Shown: piece by piece, positions 54,448-64,000 of the stretch
Numbering within the stretch: the first letter of the stretch is position 1
Layout: each line of letters begins with the position of its first letter
Source: an uncultured Chloroflexia bacterium
Lineage (GTDB): Bacteria; Chloroflexota; Limnocylindria; QHBO01
NCBI GenBank assembly: GCA_963814375.1
Contig: CAWFCQ010000004.1
Location: 320,001 to 384,000, forward strand
Reading direction: 5' to 3'
Length of the DNA: 64,000 bases
Program-made: the position numbers and the translations under genes
Notes under the pieces: model-generated
What the model was told of the DNA's origin: nothing
Database searches by the model: none
Seen by the model: only the letters and a program-made list of their open reading frames with translations

Positions 54448-54797
54448 GGCTCGCTGCCCTCGGTCTCGAGCTCGTTGAGGATGCGCAGCACGCGGTCGCC
54501 CGCCTCGATCGAGTCGTCGTGGCGGATGACCAGCTGCGGGATGTGGCGCAGGCTCAGTCGTTGCGCGAGCTGGCGGCGAAGCCACGGAGCGGCATCGGTC
54601 AGTGCGGCAAGCGCCGCCTTCTGCTCCTCCGCGCTGCCAAGCACGCTGACCCAGACCCGGGCGCTCCCCAGGTCGCGAGCCGTCTCGACGCGCGTGACGG
54701 TCGCGAACCCGACGCGCGGGTCCTTCATCTCGCGCTGGAACAGCTCCATCAGCTCGGCGCGGATCTGGCTGTCCAGCCGATTCGTGCGGTCGCTCAT
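54444..54797 (-). CDS. rbfA: Ribosome-binding factor A
   Basis: KDPRVGFATVTRV, DLGSARVWVS, LRHIPQL. Confidence 0.95.
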   Translation of the reverse strand: MSDRTNRLDSQIRAELMELFQREMKDPRVGFATVTRVETARDLGSARVWVSVLGSAEEQKAALAALTDAAPWLRRQLAQRLSLRHIPQLVIRHDDSIEAGDRVLRILNELETEGSEP

Positions 54798-54803
54798 CTG
54801 CGG

Positions 54804-56708
54804 CTAGGCCTGCTCGGCCACCATCTGGTAGCACTCGATGACGTCGCCCTCGGCGATGTCCTCGGCGTCGAGACCGATGCCGCACTCGAGATTGGTCGCC
54901 ACCTCGCGGACGTCGTCCTTGAACCGCTTCAGCGATGTGATGCGGGTGTCGGCCAGCAGCTCCCCGCCTCGGAAGAGGCGCGCCTGACCGCCGCGCACGA
55001 TCCGGCCATCGGTCACGTACGAGCCGGCGATGTTCCCGGCCTTCCCGGCCTTGATGATCATGCGCACCTCGGCGTGGCCCTCGACCTGCTCGACCAGCTT
55101 CGGCTCGAGGAGGCCGGACAGCGCCAGGCCGATGTCATCGGTGAGCTTGTAGATGACGTCGTAGAGGCGAACGTCGATGCCGGTCGTCTCGACCAGCCGC
55201 TGGGCACCCGGGTCGAGCTTCGTGTTGAAGCCGATGACGACCGCCTCGGACGCCGATGCCAGGTTGATGTCGCTTTCGTTGATGTCCCCTGCGCCCTCGC
55301 GCAGGATGTTGATCCGGACCTCGGTCGTGTTCAGGCGTTCGAGGGCGTGGCGGATCGCGCCGAGCGAGCCCTGCACGTCGGTCTTGAGCACGACCCGCAG
55401 CTCGGCGACCTCGCTGGCCTGGATGGCGGCGCTGATCTCCTCGAGGCTACTGACCGCGCGACCGTCTCCGGCGACTCCGGCCGTCGCCGTCGTCTCGGCC
55501 GCGTCACGGGCGGTTTTCTCGTCCGCGACGACCCGGAGGATGTCGCCGGCCTCGGGCAGGCCCTGGAGGCCGATGATCTCGACCGCCGTCGCCGGCTCGG
55601 CCTGCTTGACGCGCTTGCCGGCGGCGTTGTTCAGGGCGCGGACGCGGCCATACGTGCGACCCACGCTGACGACCTGGCCGACGGCGAGCGTTCCGGTCTG
55701 GACGAGGACGGTGGCCACGTTGCCGCGGCCCTTGTCCACCTTCGACTCGACGATCGTCCCGATCGCCTCGCGGTCCGGGTTGGCCTTGAGGTCCTGGAGG
55801 TCGGCGACGAGGAGCACCATCTCCATCAGGTCGTCGATCCCGGTGCGCTGCTTGGCGCTGACCGCGACGGCGATGATGTCGCCGCCGTACTCCTCGATCA
55901 GGACCTTGTTGTCGGCGAGCTCCTGCTTCACCCGGTCCGGGTTGGCGTCGGGCTTGTCGACCTTGTTGATCGCCACGATCATCGGAACGCGCGCCGCCCG
56001 GACGTGGTCGATCGCCTCCTTCGTCTGTGGCATGACGCCGTCATCGGCGGCCACGACGATGATCGCGATGTCGGTGACCTGGGCGCCACGCGCTCGCATC
56101 GCGGTGAAGGCCTCGTGGCCCGGCGTGTCGAGGAAGACGATGCGCTTGCCGTTGTGGTCGACCTCGGACGCGCCGATGTGCTGGGTGATGCCGCCGCTCT
56201 CGCCGGAGGCGACCTTCGTCTCGCGAATGGCGTCGAGCAGGCTCGTCTTGCCGTGGTCGACGTGGCCCATGACGGTGACGATCGGCGCGCGGGCGACGAG
56301 CTTGGTGGGATCATCATCGGTCCACAGCACGCGCTTGCCATCGCCATTAGCACTCGCGCCCGGGGCCACGAGATCCTGTCCGGCGGCCTCCTCGGCGGCG
56401 GCGCGCTCCGCGACGCCCCGCTCGGTCGTCTCGAAGCCGAGCTCGCCCGCCACGAGCGAGGCGGTGTCGAAGTCGATCGACTGGTTGACGGTGGCGAAGA
56501 TGCCGTTGCGGATGAGGACGTTGATGATCTCCGACGGGGTCACCCCCAGCGTCTCGGCCATGTCCTTGACCGCGACCGGGTTGGGCAGCTCGACCGGGCC
56601 CTCCGGCCTGACGGGCGCCGTCTCGGTGGCGACGCTCCCGGGGCGGGGCCCGGTGCGCTTGCGCTGCGGCCGTGGGCCGCGACGCGGGCGATATCTACTT
56701 GGGGGCAT
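54804..56708 (-). CDS. infB: Translation initiation factor IF-2
   Basis: [33 protein letters not shown]. Confidence 0.98.
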   Translation of the reverse strand: MPPSRYRPRRGPRPQRKRTGPRPGSVATETAPVRPEGPVELPNPVAVKDMAETLGVTPSEIINVLIRNGIFATVNQSIDFDTASLVAGELGFETTERGVAERAAAEEAAGQDLVAPGASANGDGKRVLWTDDDPTKLVARAPIVTVMGHVDHGKTSLLDAIRETKVASGESGGITQHIGASEVDHNGKRIVFLDTPGHEAFTAMRARGAQVTDIAIIVVAADDGVMPQTKEAIDHVRAARVPMIVAINKVDKPDANPDRVKQELADNKVLIEEYGGDIIAVAVSAKQRTGIDDLMEMVLLVADLQDLKANPDREAIGTIVESKVDKGRGNVATVLVQTGTLAVGQVVSVGRTYGRVRALNNAAGKRVKQAEPATAVEIIGLQGLPEAGDILRVVADEKTARDAAETTATAGVAGDGRAVSSLEEISAAIQASEVAELRVVLKTDVQGSLGAIRHALERLNTTEVRINILREGAGDINESDINLASASEAVVIGFNTKLDPGAQRLVETTGIDVRLYDVIYKLTDDIGLALSGLLEPKLVEQVEGHAEVRMIIKAGKAGNIAGSYVTDGRIVRGGQARLFRGGELLADTRITSLKRFKDDVREVATNLECGIGLDAEDIAEGDVIECYQMVAEQA

Positions 56709-56967
56709 GGTTCACCTCGAATTCGAGCGCTCCAGGCGCGGGATCGGCCCCGAGCGCCCGTCTGACGGCCGCTGCGGCTCGTTCGGAGTCGCGGCAGCCA
56801 GGTTCGTTGCAGATATAGGTTCCCCGGCCCGGCATGCGGCCCGTCTCGTCACGGACCACCTGCCCATCGGCGCCGCGCACGATCCGGGTCATCTCGCGCT
56901 TGGGATGCGAGGTTCGGCAGACGGCGCAGCTCCGGGTCGGGACGTGATCAGGTCGTCGCTTCGGCAT
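56695..56967 (-). CDS. ylxR: YlxR/RnpM (DUF448) RNA-binding protein
   Basis: [16 protein letters not shown]; lies between nusA and infB. Confidence 0.9.
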   Translation of the reverse strand: MPKRRPDHVPTRSCAVCRTSHPKREMTRIVRGADGQVVRDETGRMPGRGTYICNEPGCRDSERAAAAVRRALGADPAPGALEFEVNHAPK

Positions 56968-58075
56968 CTGCCGGCGCCTCCGCGACCGGCTCGTGCTCGC
57001 CATGCTCGCCGCCGGCAGCAGCCGTCGCGACTCCGGCCTCCGAGCGGATGTCGATCCGCCATCCGGTGAGCTTGGCGGCGAGCCGGGCATTCTGGCCCTC
57101 CTTGCCGATGGCCAGGCTGAGCTGCCGCTCCGGCACGATCACGTTGGCGATCTTGTGCTCCTCGTCGATCCGAACGCTGAGCACCTCGGCGGGACTGAGC
57201 GCCTCGGCGACGAAGCGGCCGGGATCCTCGTCCCACAGGACGATGTCGACCTTCTCGCCGTTGAGCTCGGCCACGATCGACTGGATCCGCGCGCCGCGCT
57301 GTCCGACGGCGGCGCCCTTGGCGTCGACGCCGGTCTGGCGGCTCTCGACCGCAACCTTGGAGCGGCTGCCCGCCTCGCGGGCGATGCCACGGATCACGAC
57401 CGTGCCGTTGTAGATCTCGGGGATCTCCATCTCCATCAGGCGTCGCAGGAATCCGCGATGGGTGCGGCTGGCGACGATCACCGGGCCGCGCGTCGTACGG
57501 CGCACTTCCATCACGTACACCTTGAGATGCTGGCCGATGCGGTAGGTCTCGCTCGGCAGCTGCTCGGTGACCGCGAGGACCGCCTCGACGTCCTTGCCCA
57601 TGTCGAGCACGACCGCCGACTCGGTCGTGCGCTGCACGTTGCCGGTCATGATCTCGCCCTCGCGGGCGGCGTATTGCTGGAAGACCACGTCACGCTGCGC
57701 CTCGCGGAGGCGCTGGCGGTACACCTGGCCGGCGGTCTGGGCTGCAATGCGTCCGAGCTGCGCCTGGGTCACGTTCTCCGGAATGCGCACCTTGCCACCG
57801 ACACCGGTCGTCGGATCGATCTTCTGTGCGTCCTGGACGATCATCTGGAGCTCGGGGTCCTCGATCTCCTCCTCCGTGGCCATCACGTCGTACTCGCGGG
57901 CGACGCTGATCTCGCCGCTCTCGGGGTCGACGGTGACGACAACGTTCTCGGGCGCATCGGCATTTCGGCGATACGCCGATTCGATCGCCTGCTCGAGCGT
58001 CTGGATCAGGATCTCCTGCGGGACGCCCTTTTCGGCATTCAGTTGGAGCAGCGCCCCGATGAAGTCTCGATTCAT
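56948..58075 (-). CDS. nusA: Transcription factor NusA
   Basis: [45 protein letters not shown]. Confidence 0.98.
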   Translation of the reverse strand: MNRDFIGALLQLNAEKGVPQEILIQTLEQAIESAYRRNADAPENVVVTVDPESGEISVAREYDVMATEEEIEDPELQMIVQDAQKIDPTTGVGGKVRIPENVTQAQLGRIAAQTAGQVYRQRLREAQRDVVFQQYAAREGEIMTGNVQRTTESAVVLDMGKDVEAVLAVTEQLPSETYRIGQHLKVYVMEVRRTTRGPVIVASRTHRGFLRRLMEMEIPEIYNGTVVIRGIAREAGSRSKVAVESRQTGVDAKGAAVGQRGARIQSIVAELNGEKVDIVLWDEDPGRFVAEALSPAEVLSVRIDEEHKIANVIVPERQLSLAIGKEGQNARLAAKLTGWRIDIRSEAGVATAAAGGEHGEHEPVAEAPADAEATT

Positions 58076-58110
58076 TGGTCGCTCCTCGCTGCGCCCGCTA
58101 CGACGATCCG

Positions 58111-58149
58111 GGACAAACAAAGACGTGGGAGGCGAACCGACCCACGTCT
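58111..58149 (-). terminator. Leader attenuator-like hairpin upstream of nusA
   Basis: AGACGTGGG...CCCACGTCT followed by TTGTTTGT on the minus strand; TATACT -10 at 58204-58209. Confidence 0.65.
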
Positions 58150-58738
58150 CAGGCACTCAGTTCAATATTCATGGTTCGCAATTGGCCGGTCGAACCGTGC
58201 GGAAGTATACCGGATCGCCCCCCAACCCGCCACCGGCGGGGTGTCTCATCGTGGCTCGGGCAGGTCCTCCACAGGCGCGGTGGTCTGCCGTGGGCGGTGG
58301 TGAATGAGGTCCGGAGGGTTCCCTCCGTCGCGTGCGACGCGACCTCCGGGCCTCTAACCGCAGCTAATGGGTCGCAAGCCCTAAGCCGCTCGAGCTCCTC
58401 GCGGCGAAAACGTCACCACGGTCCCTGGCGACACCGTCGCCCTCGGCAGCGCTGGGACGGCGGCGATTGATGCTGGGGGTGCCGTTGTGGCTGGGACGGC
58501 CGACAGGGCCTTTGCGGCGGCCGGTCGCTGGACTTTGAATGCGCTTGAGAGCATGAGACCGTTGAGTAACCTCGGATGAAAGCAAGGGCCCCGCGATAGG
58601 TACGCGCCTACGCCGGGAGGCCTTATGAAGTGGTGGCGCGTACTGACGAGAGCATCGTGGAGCGCCATTCAGCCGCGGTTTCGCTCACGTTAAGGTCGCA
58701 CCACCAGATGCTTGGTCATGCCGGCCAGCGGGCCATGC

Positions 58739-59341
58739 CTAGTCGAGGTGCCCGAGTCGGAAGAAGTGGGTGTCTCCGGCGCCCACGCCGACGACGAGCT
58801 CGCCGGCCGCGATCGCGTCTTCTGATATCGGGAACACCATCCAGCCCTCGGCAACCGGTGCCGAGGGATCGACCGCATCTGATGTACCAGTGAGCGACGG
58901 CACAGGCCATTCCCTCTCATCGAAACCGCATGGATGCTGGCTAATCGCTAACCCGGCCTCGCTATTGGCCTCATCGGTCAACACCCAGAATCCGGTCTGC
59001 ACCGAGTCGGAAACGCCTTCGACGAGCTCCAGGCGGATCTTGACCGTCACGAATCGTTCGTCGGGATCGGCGCAGTTGCTGTCGAGAACAGGGAGGATGT
59101 TCCAGCGGGCGAAGTCGAGGACCGTCACGGTGAATCCCTGGCCGGGGATCTCGACCGTTTCGCCGATGGTCGGCAGGCTGTCCAGGTCGTGGGGGGTTCG
59201 TGAGTCGGTCCCTTCGGCGGTCGGCGACGCCAGCGAGGTGCCGACCGTCGCAAATGTCGTCGACTCCGTCACGCCGGCGCATCCGGTCAGCAGCACCAGA
59301 AACAAGCCGACCAGGCCGATGCTGGATGCACGCTTCGGCAT
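58739..59341 (-). CDS. Putative lipoprotein (beta-rich, DUF4352-like)
   Basis: Signal peptide with lipobox LTGC, Ser/Thr linker, TIGETV, FVTVKI, GWMVF; GGAGG RBS. Confidence 0.7.
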   Translation of the reverse strand: MPKRASSIGLVGLFLVLLTGCAGVTESTTFATVGTSLASPTAEGTDSRTPHDLDSLPTIGETVEIPGQGFTVTVLDFARWNILPVLDSNCADPDERFVTVKIRLELVEGVSDSVQTGFWVLTDEANSEAGLAISQHPCGFDEREWPVPSLTGTSDAVDPSAPVAEGWMVFPISEDAIAAGELVVGVGAGDTHFFRLGHLD

Positions 59342-59360
59342 GTCGACCTCCCATATCGGC

Positions 59361-60488
59361 TTAACCGCCGATCAGCCTCTGGATGTCCTGGATGCTGATC
59401 AGGATGACGAGGGCAATGAGCACCGCGAAGCCGGTGAGGTAGATGAGCGCCTCGCGCTCCGCCGGCATCTTGCGGCGCCGGACCGCCTCGAGCATGACGA
59501 CGGCGATGCGTCCCCCGTCAAGCGGCGGGAATGGGAGCACGTTGAGGACGGCGAGGTTGACCGACAGCAGCCCCACGAAGAGAAGCTGGCTCACCAGCGG
59601 CGCCTCGAGCACGCGACCGGTCTCCTGGGCGATGCCGATCGGCCCGCGCGCATCGGGGGCGTCGTTGTTGAGACCGAGCAGGCCGCCGACGGCGTCGGCG
59701 AGGCCGCCGGGGATCTGGATGGCGAGCGCCCATGCCGTTGTCACGCCCCGGCCGATGGCGTCGATCGGCCCGGTGACGGTCGATGGCGTCTCGATCGTTC
59801 GTTCGGGGTCGTACCCGAATCCAACCGGGCCGATCCCCTGCTGGACCTGTTCCTCGGTCAGGATCCGTGGCTCGACCTCGACGTCGATCGGCTCTCCGTC
59901 GCGAACGACCTGGAGCACGACCAGCGCCCCGGCATGGTCGGCGATGTACGCCGTCAGGTCGCGCGAGCGCTCGAATGTCTGCCCGTCGACGCCAGTGATG
60001 ACGTCGCCGATGGCGAGATTGGCGTCGGCCGCGGGGCTGCCGGCCTGGACCTCGTTGACCGTGAGCGGACCCTCTCCGACGAGCACCGGCATGCTGTACG
60101 CGATCGCGAAGAGCGCAGCGGCCAGGACGAAGTTCATCGCCACGCCCGCAAGCAGGACGCCGACGCGGATCCAGACCGGCCGACGGTTGAAGGCGCCCGC
60201 CATCGCATCCTCGACCTCGGCATCGGTCATCCCCTGCTCGCGCAGCCGCTTGATCTCGACGTCACCATCCTCGCCGAGCATGCGCACGAACCCGCCGAGC
60301 GGGATCCAGTTCAGGCTGTAACGCGTCCCGCGCCACGTGACCGAGGCGATCCGCGGCGGAAACCCGATCCCGAACTCCTCGACCGTGATGCCCGACCGCT
60401 TGGCCGCGACGAAGTGGCCGAGCTCGTGCACGAGCACGAGGACGACGAGGATGCCGATGAAGGCCGCGACCGTGCCGAGAACTTCCAT
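59361..60488 (-). CDS. rseP: RIP metalloprotease RseP (M50 with PDZ)
   Basis: HELGH, LGGFV, NVLPFPPLDGG. Confidence 0.95.
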   Translation of the reverse strand: MEVLGTVAAFIGILVVLVLVHELGHFVAAKRSGITVEEFGIGFPPRIASVTWRGTRYSLNWIPLGGFVRMLGEDGDVEIKRLREQGMTDAEVEDAMAGAFNRRPVWIRVGVLLAGVAMNFVLAAALFAIAYSMPVLVGEGPLTVNEVQAGSPAADANLAIGDVITGVDGQTFERSRDLTAYIADHAGALVVLQVVRDGEPIDVEVEPRILTEEQVQQGIGPVGFGYDPERTIETPSTVTGPIDAIGRGVTTAWALAIQIPGGLADAVGGLLGLNNDAPDARGPIGIAQETGRVLEAPLVSQLLFVGLLSVNLAVLNVLPFPPLDGGRIAVVMLEAVRRRKMPAEREALIYLTGFAVLIALVILISIQDIQRLIGG

Positions 60489-61621
60489 CAGCCGATCTCG
60501 TCCGCCAGGACGCGGCGCACTTCGGCGTCGAGGTCGATGATCCGATCCAGGCTCGGCTCCTCATCGTCGCCCCAGCGCTCGACGGCGGCGGTGATGGTGT
60601 CGCCGATGGCCGGGAAGCCGATGCGGCCGTCCAGGAACGCACCCACCGCGACCTCGTCAGCGGCGTTGAGCACGGTCCCGCGGTTGCCACCGGCATCCGC
60701 GGCGCTCCGGACCGCGTCGTAGGCGGGATAGGCTCCATCGGCCAGTGGCAGGAATTCGAGTGAGCCCCAATCCGTCGGCGTCGAGGCGGTCGCCGGCGAA
60801 GGCAGGCGCTCCGGATGCGTGATGGCGTATTGGATGGGGAGGCGCATGTCGGGCATGCCGAGCTGAGCCTTGTACGAGCCGTCCACGAACTCGACGAGCG
60901 AGTGCACGACGCTCTGGGGATGGATCACCGCGCCGAGTTTAGAGTAAGGAAGCCGATACAACCATTTGGCCTCGATGACTTCGAATGCCTTGTTCACGAG
61001 GGTCGCCGAGTCGACGGTGATCTTCGGACCCATCCGCCAGGTGGGGTGCGCCAGCGCCTCCTCCGGGGTGACCGATGCGAGCTCATCGGCGCTTCGTCCG
61101 CGAAATGGACCGCCGCTGGCGGTCAGGACCAGACGCGCGACGTCGGTGATCCGTTCCCCCGCCAGGCATTGCCAGATCGCCGAATGCTCGCTGTCGATCG
61201 GCCGCAGGCGATCGAGAGGATCGCCGCCGAGCTCGTCAAGCAATGCCGTCACGAGATGCCCGCCGACGATCAGCGTCTCCTTGTTGGCGAGCGCGACGCG
61301 ACGTCCGGCGTGCAGCGCCGCGAGGACGGCGGGCAGCGCGGCCATACCCGTCGTTGCGACCACCACGAGGTCGGCTCCGGCGTCCGTTGCCAGCTGCTCG
61401 AGGCCACCATCGGCCCAGCGCGCGTCCGCGATCTCTGCCGGTCGCTCCCCCGCCGTCCACGCCATGGCGTCCGGCCAGGAGGCGAGCTGCTCCGCGAAGG
61501 TGGGGCTGTAGCGGCCGGCGGCCAGGGCCCGGACGGCGTAGCGGTCGCCGAGCGCGGCGAGAACCTCGAGGGTCTGGCGCCCGATCGACCCGGTCGAGCC
61601 GAGGACCGCGACGCCGGTCAT
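60488..61621 (-). CDS. dxr: 1-deoxy-D-xylulose-5-phosphate reductoisomerase
   Basis: [35 protein letters not shown]. Confidence 0.97.
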   Translation of the reverse strand: MTGVAVLGSTGSIGRQTLEVLAALGDRYAVRALAAGRYSPTFAEQLASWPDAMAWTAGERPAEIADARWADGGLEQLATDAGADLVVVATTGMAALPAVLAALHAGRRVALANKETLIVGGHLVTALLDELGGDPLDRLRPIDSEHSAIWQCLAGERITDVARLVLTASGGPFRGRSADELASVTPEEALAHPTWRMGPKITVDSATLVNKAFEVIEAKWLYRLPYSKLGAVIHPQSVVHSLVEFVDGSYKAQLGMPDMRLPIQYAITHPERLPSPATASTPTDWGSLEFLPLADGAYPAYDAVRSAADAGGNRGTVLNAADEVAVGAFLDGRIGFPAIGDTITAAVERWGDDEEPSLDRIIDLDAEVRRVLADEIG

Positions 61622-62518
61622 GCCACGCGGCCGGCGACCAGGAGCGCGTAGCCCGCCAGCACCGGCGCGGCAAAGAGGAACGAGTCGATGCGGTCGAGGA
61701 TGCCGCCGTGCCCCGGCACGAGGAACCCCGACTCCTTGCGATCGGCGGCCCGCTTCAGCATCGACTCGGCCAGGTCACCCGACCTGCGCGGCGATGCCCA
61801 CCACCGGCCCGATGATGAGCGGGTGCCACAGCTCGAGGCCGATCAGGTACGCCCCGATCATGGCACCCACCGTTCCCGCGACGAGACCGCCCGCAAACCC
61901 CTCCATCGTCTTGGCCGGGCTGATGTGCTCGATGAGCTTGTGCCGGCCGAAGCTGCGGCCGACCAGGTACGCGCCGATGTCGTAGCCCCACACGATGAGC
62001 AGCAGCATGAGCGTCCAGCCCGGCCCGGAGCCGATGCCGAACGGGCCGACCGGCGTCGTGGGCGACCCGCCCGCGGGGGCCAGGTGCCCGACGAGGACGA
62101 TGGCCGGCAGCAGGAGGCCGATGTACGCGATCCCGAACGAGCTCATCGACCAGGTGACGAATCCGGCGCGCGGATCGGCGCGGGTGAACGCCGCGCCCGC
62201 GAGGATGATCATCGCGCCGATCAGGGTCGCCGACACGAGCCCCGGTGGGTCGAGGGACGACAGCAGCGTCGAGAGCAGCCCACCGACATTCGCGGCGTGG
62301 GCGCTGACCAGGCCGGCGCCCACGAGGGCGAGGCCGATGAGCATGACCAGGACCTGCGGAGGCTCGTAGCCGGCGGCGTCGAGCAATGCCACGACCTCGA
62401 CGAAGGCGAGAAACGCGACGACGCCGATGAGAAGCGACAGCCATGGCTCGCCGAGAATGACGGCCGCGAGCACGACCGGGGAGAGGATCGCCGCGGTGAT
62501 GACTCGCGTTCGCAGCAT
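61618..62518 (-). CDS. cdsA: Phosphatidate cytidylyltransferase (frameshift near 61779)
   Basis: [20 protein letters not shown]; [10 protein letters not shown] and [12 protein letters not shown] in the next frame. Confidence 0.93.
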
Positions 62519-62522
62519 CCGA

Positions 62523-63215
62523 TCAGCCTCCGAACCGTCGGTCGCGACGCACGAACTCGGCGACCGCGGCGTCGAGGTCGGCCTCGGTGAAGTCCGGCCA
62601 GAACTTGGCGCAGAAGATGAGCTCCGCATAGGCGGCCTGCCACAGCAGGAAGTTGCTCGTGCGCTGGTCGCCGCCTGTGCGGATCACGAGATCGACGTCG
62701 GGCTGCCCGGCCGTGTAGAGGTGCTCGGCGAAGTGCTGCTCGTCGATGGCATTCGGATCCGCGTGCGCCGCGACCAGGGCGCGGGTGGCGTCGACGATCT
62801 CGGCCCGCCCCGAGTAGTTGAAGCAGATGTTCAGCGTCATCCGAGCGCCCTCGCGGGTCCGATCCTCCGCGGCACGGATCGAACGCTGGACGTCGGAGGG
62901 CGCCTCGTGCAGCCGACCGATGACCTTGACGCGGATCCCCTCGGCCACGAGCTCATCGGTGTACTGCCGCACGGCGCCGTCAATGAGGCCGAACAGGCCC
63001 GAGACCTCGTCGTTCGGCCGTCCCCAGTTCTCGGTGCTGAAGGTGTAGACGCTCAGCGTCTCGACCCCGTGATCGCGTGCTCGACGCACGATCGGTCGGA
63101 TCGCCTCGATGCCCTGGACGTGGCCGGCCAGGACCGGCAGCCCGCGCTCGCGGGCCCAACGGCGGTTGCCGTCGGCGATGATCGCGACGTGCCGGGGTCG
63201 GACCTCGTCCGGCAC
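62523..63215 (-). CDS. uppS: Undecaprenyl diphosphate synthase
   Basis: HVAIIADGNRRW, FSTENW, IRTGGDQRTSNFLLWQ. Confidence 0.97.
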   Translation of the reverse strand: MPDEVRPRHVAIIADGNRRWARERGLPVLAGHVQGIEAIRPIVRRARDHGVETLSVYTFSTENWGRPNDEVSGLFGLIDGAVRQYTDELVAEGIRVKVIGRLHEAPSDVQRSIRAAEDRTREGARMTLNICFNYSGRAEIVDATRALVAAHADPNAIDEQHFAEHLYTAGQPDVDLVIRTGGDQRTSNFLLWQAAYAELIFCAKFWPDFTEADLDAAVAEFVRRDRRFGG

Positions 63216-63218
63216 CGG

Positions 63219-63776
63219 TCAGACCTCCAGGATCTCGGCTTCCTTGCGGTCAGCCCGCGCGTCGATCGCCTCGATGTGGCGATCGGTGAGTCGCTGGAGT
63301 GCCTCGAGCTCACGGTGCTCCTCGTCCGCCGAGAGATCGCCGTCGCGAAGCGCCTTCTTGAGGACGTCCGCCGCCTCGCGCCGGTGGTTCCGCACCTCGA
63401 CCCGCGCCTCCTCGGTCCGCCGACGCACCTGCTTCACCATCTCGCGGCGGCGCTCCTCGGTGAGCGGCGGGACGTTGAGACGCACCACGGTGCCATCGAC
63501 GTTCGGCATGAGCCCGATGTCGCTCTTGGTGATCGCCTTCTCGATGGCGGACAGCACCGATCGGTCCCAGGGCTGAATGACGATGAGGTGCGGGTCCGGC
63601 GTGCTGATGCCCGCGACCTGGTTGAGCGGAGTCTGCGTGCCGTAGTAGTCGACGGTGATGCGCTCGACCAGCGCGGTGGAGGCACGCCCCGTCCGGATCC
63701 CGGCGAAGTCGCGCTCCATCGCATCGATCGCCCGCGCCATCTTGGGATCGATGGCGGTGACCGCCTCGTGCGTCAT
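63219..63776 (-). CDS. frr: Ribosome recycling factor
   Basis: IRTGRAS, DYYG, PPLTEERR. Confidence 0.98.
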   Translation of the reverse strand: MTHEAVTAIDPKMARAIDAMERDFAGIRTGRASTALVERITVDYYGTQTPLNQVAGISTPDPHLIVIQPWDRSVLSAIEKAITKSDIGLMPNVDGTVVRLNVPPLTEERRREMVKQVRRRTEEARVEVRNHRREAADVLKKALRDGDLSADEEHRELEALQRLTDRHIEAIDARADRKEAEILEV

Positions 63777-64000
63777 CGGGTTTCCTCTCCTGAGATCAAC
63801 GTACCGATCCGCTCGCCTCGCACGGCTCGGGCGATGTTCCCCGGCGCGGTCATGTCGAAGACGACGATCGGCATCTCGTTGTCCATGGCCAGGCTCACGG
63901 CAGTCGCATCGAGCGCCTCGAGCCGGTTGCTCAGCAGGTCGGTGTAGCCGATCTGGCTGTAGCGCTGCGCACCCGGATGCTTCTCCGGATCCGCATCGTA
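63773..64000 (-). CDS. pyrH: Uridylate kinase (C-terminal part, runs off window edge)
   Basis: Manual translation YDADPEKHP...ALDATAVSLAMDNEMPIVVFDM...GTLI; directly upstream of frr. Confidence 0.93.
   Translation of the reverse strand, partial: YDADPEKHPGAQRYSQIGYTDLLSNRLEALDATAVSLAMDNEMPIVVFDMTAPGNIARAVRGERIGTLISGEETR

Noticed and set aside
58300-58735. tmRNA, SRP RNA, RNase P RNA, c-di-GMP riboswitch or integron attC
   Set aside because: Diagnostic sequences are missing, the TAAC/GTTA ends are too far apart for attC, and there is no integrase.

Overview
High-GC (about 70% by eye) bacterial chromosomal window, probably from Chloroflexota (Limnocylindria-like; inferred from gene order and Gram-positive-type SOS boxes). 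The left ~19 kb is accessory metabolism and signalling: DinB, VOC and cupin proteins, two class III nucleotide cyclases, an orphan amino-methyltransferase behind an SOS box, malate synthase, and a xanthine-dehydrogenase-type molybdoenzyme with mocA. The rest is mostly core genes: ruvB, queA, tgt, recA-recX, rny-ymdB-miaA, hflX, murC, ftsK, rnj, udg, pnp-rpsO, ribF-truB-nrnA-rbfA-infB-ylxR-nusA and rseP-dxr-cdsA-uppS-frr-pyrH. The standout observation is a PNPase carrying an in-frame DEDDh 3'-5' exonuclease domain, with all five catalytic residues, inserted between its two RNase PH domains. Other oddities are a DUF6624-SPOUT methyltransferase fusion, an SOS-boxed zinc-finger/methyltransferase pair, unannotated small ORFs and many apparently leaderless genes. 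About a dozen single-base frameshifts, some in essential genes, look like long-read errors. I saw no rRNA, tRNA, CRISPR array or transposase. All family calls come from motif recognition by eye, not from database searches.
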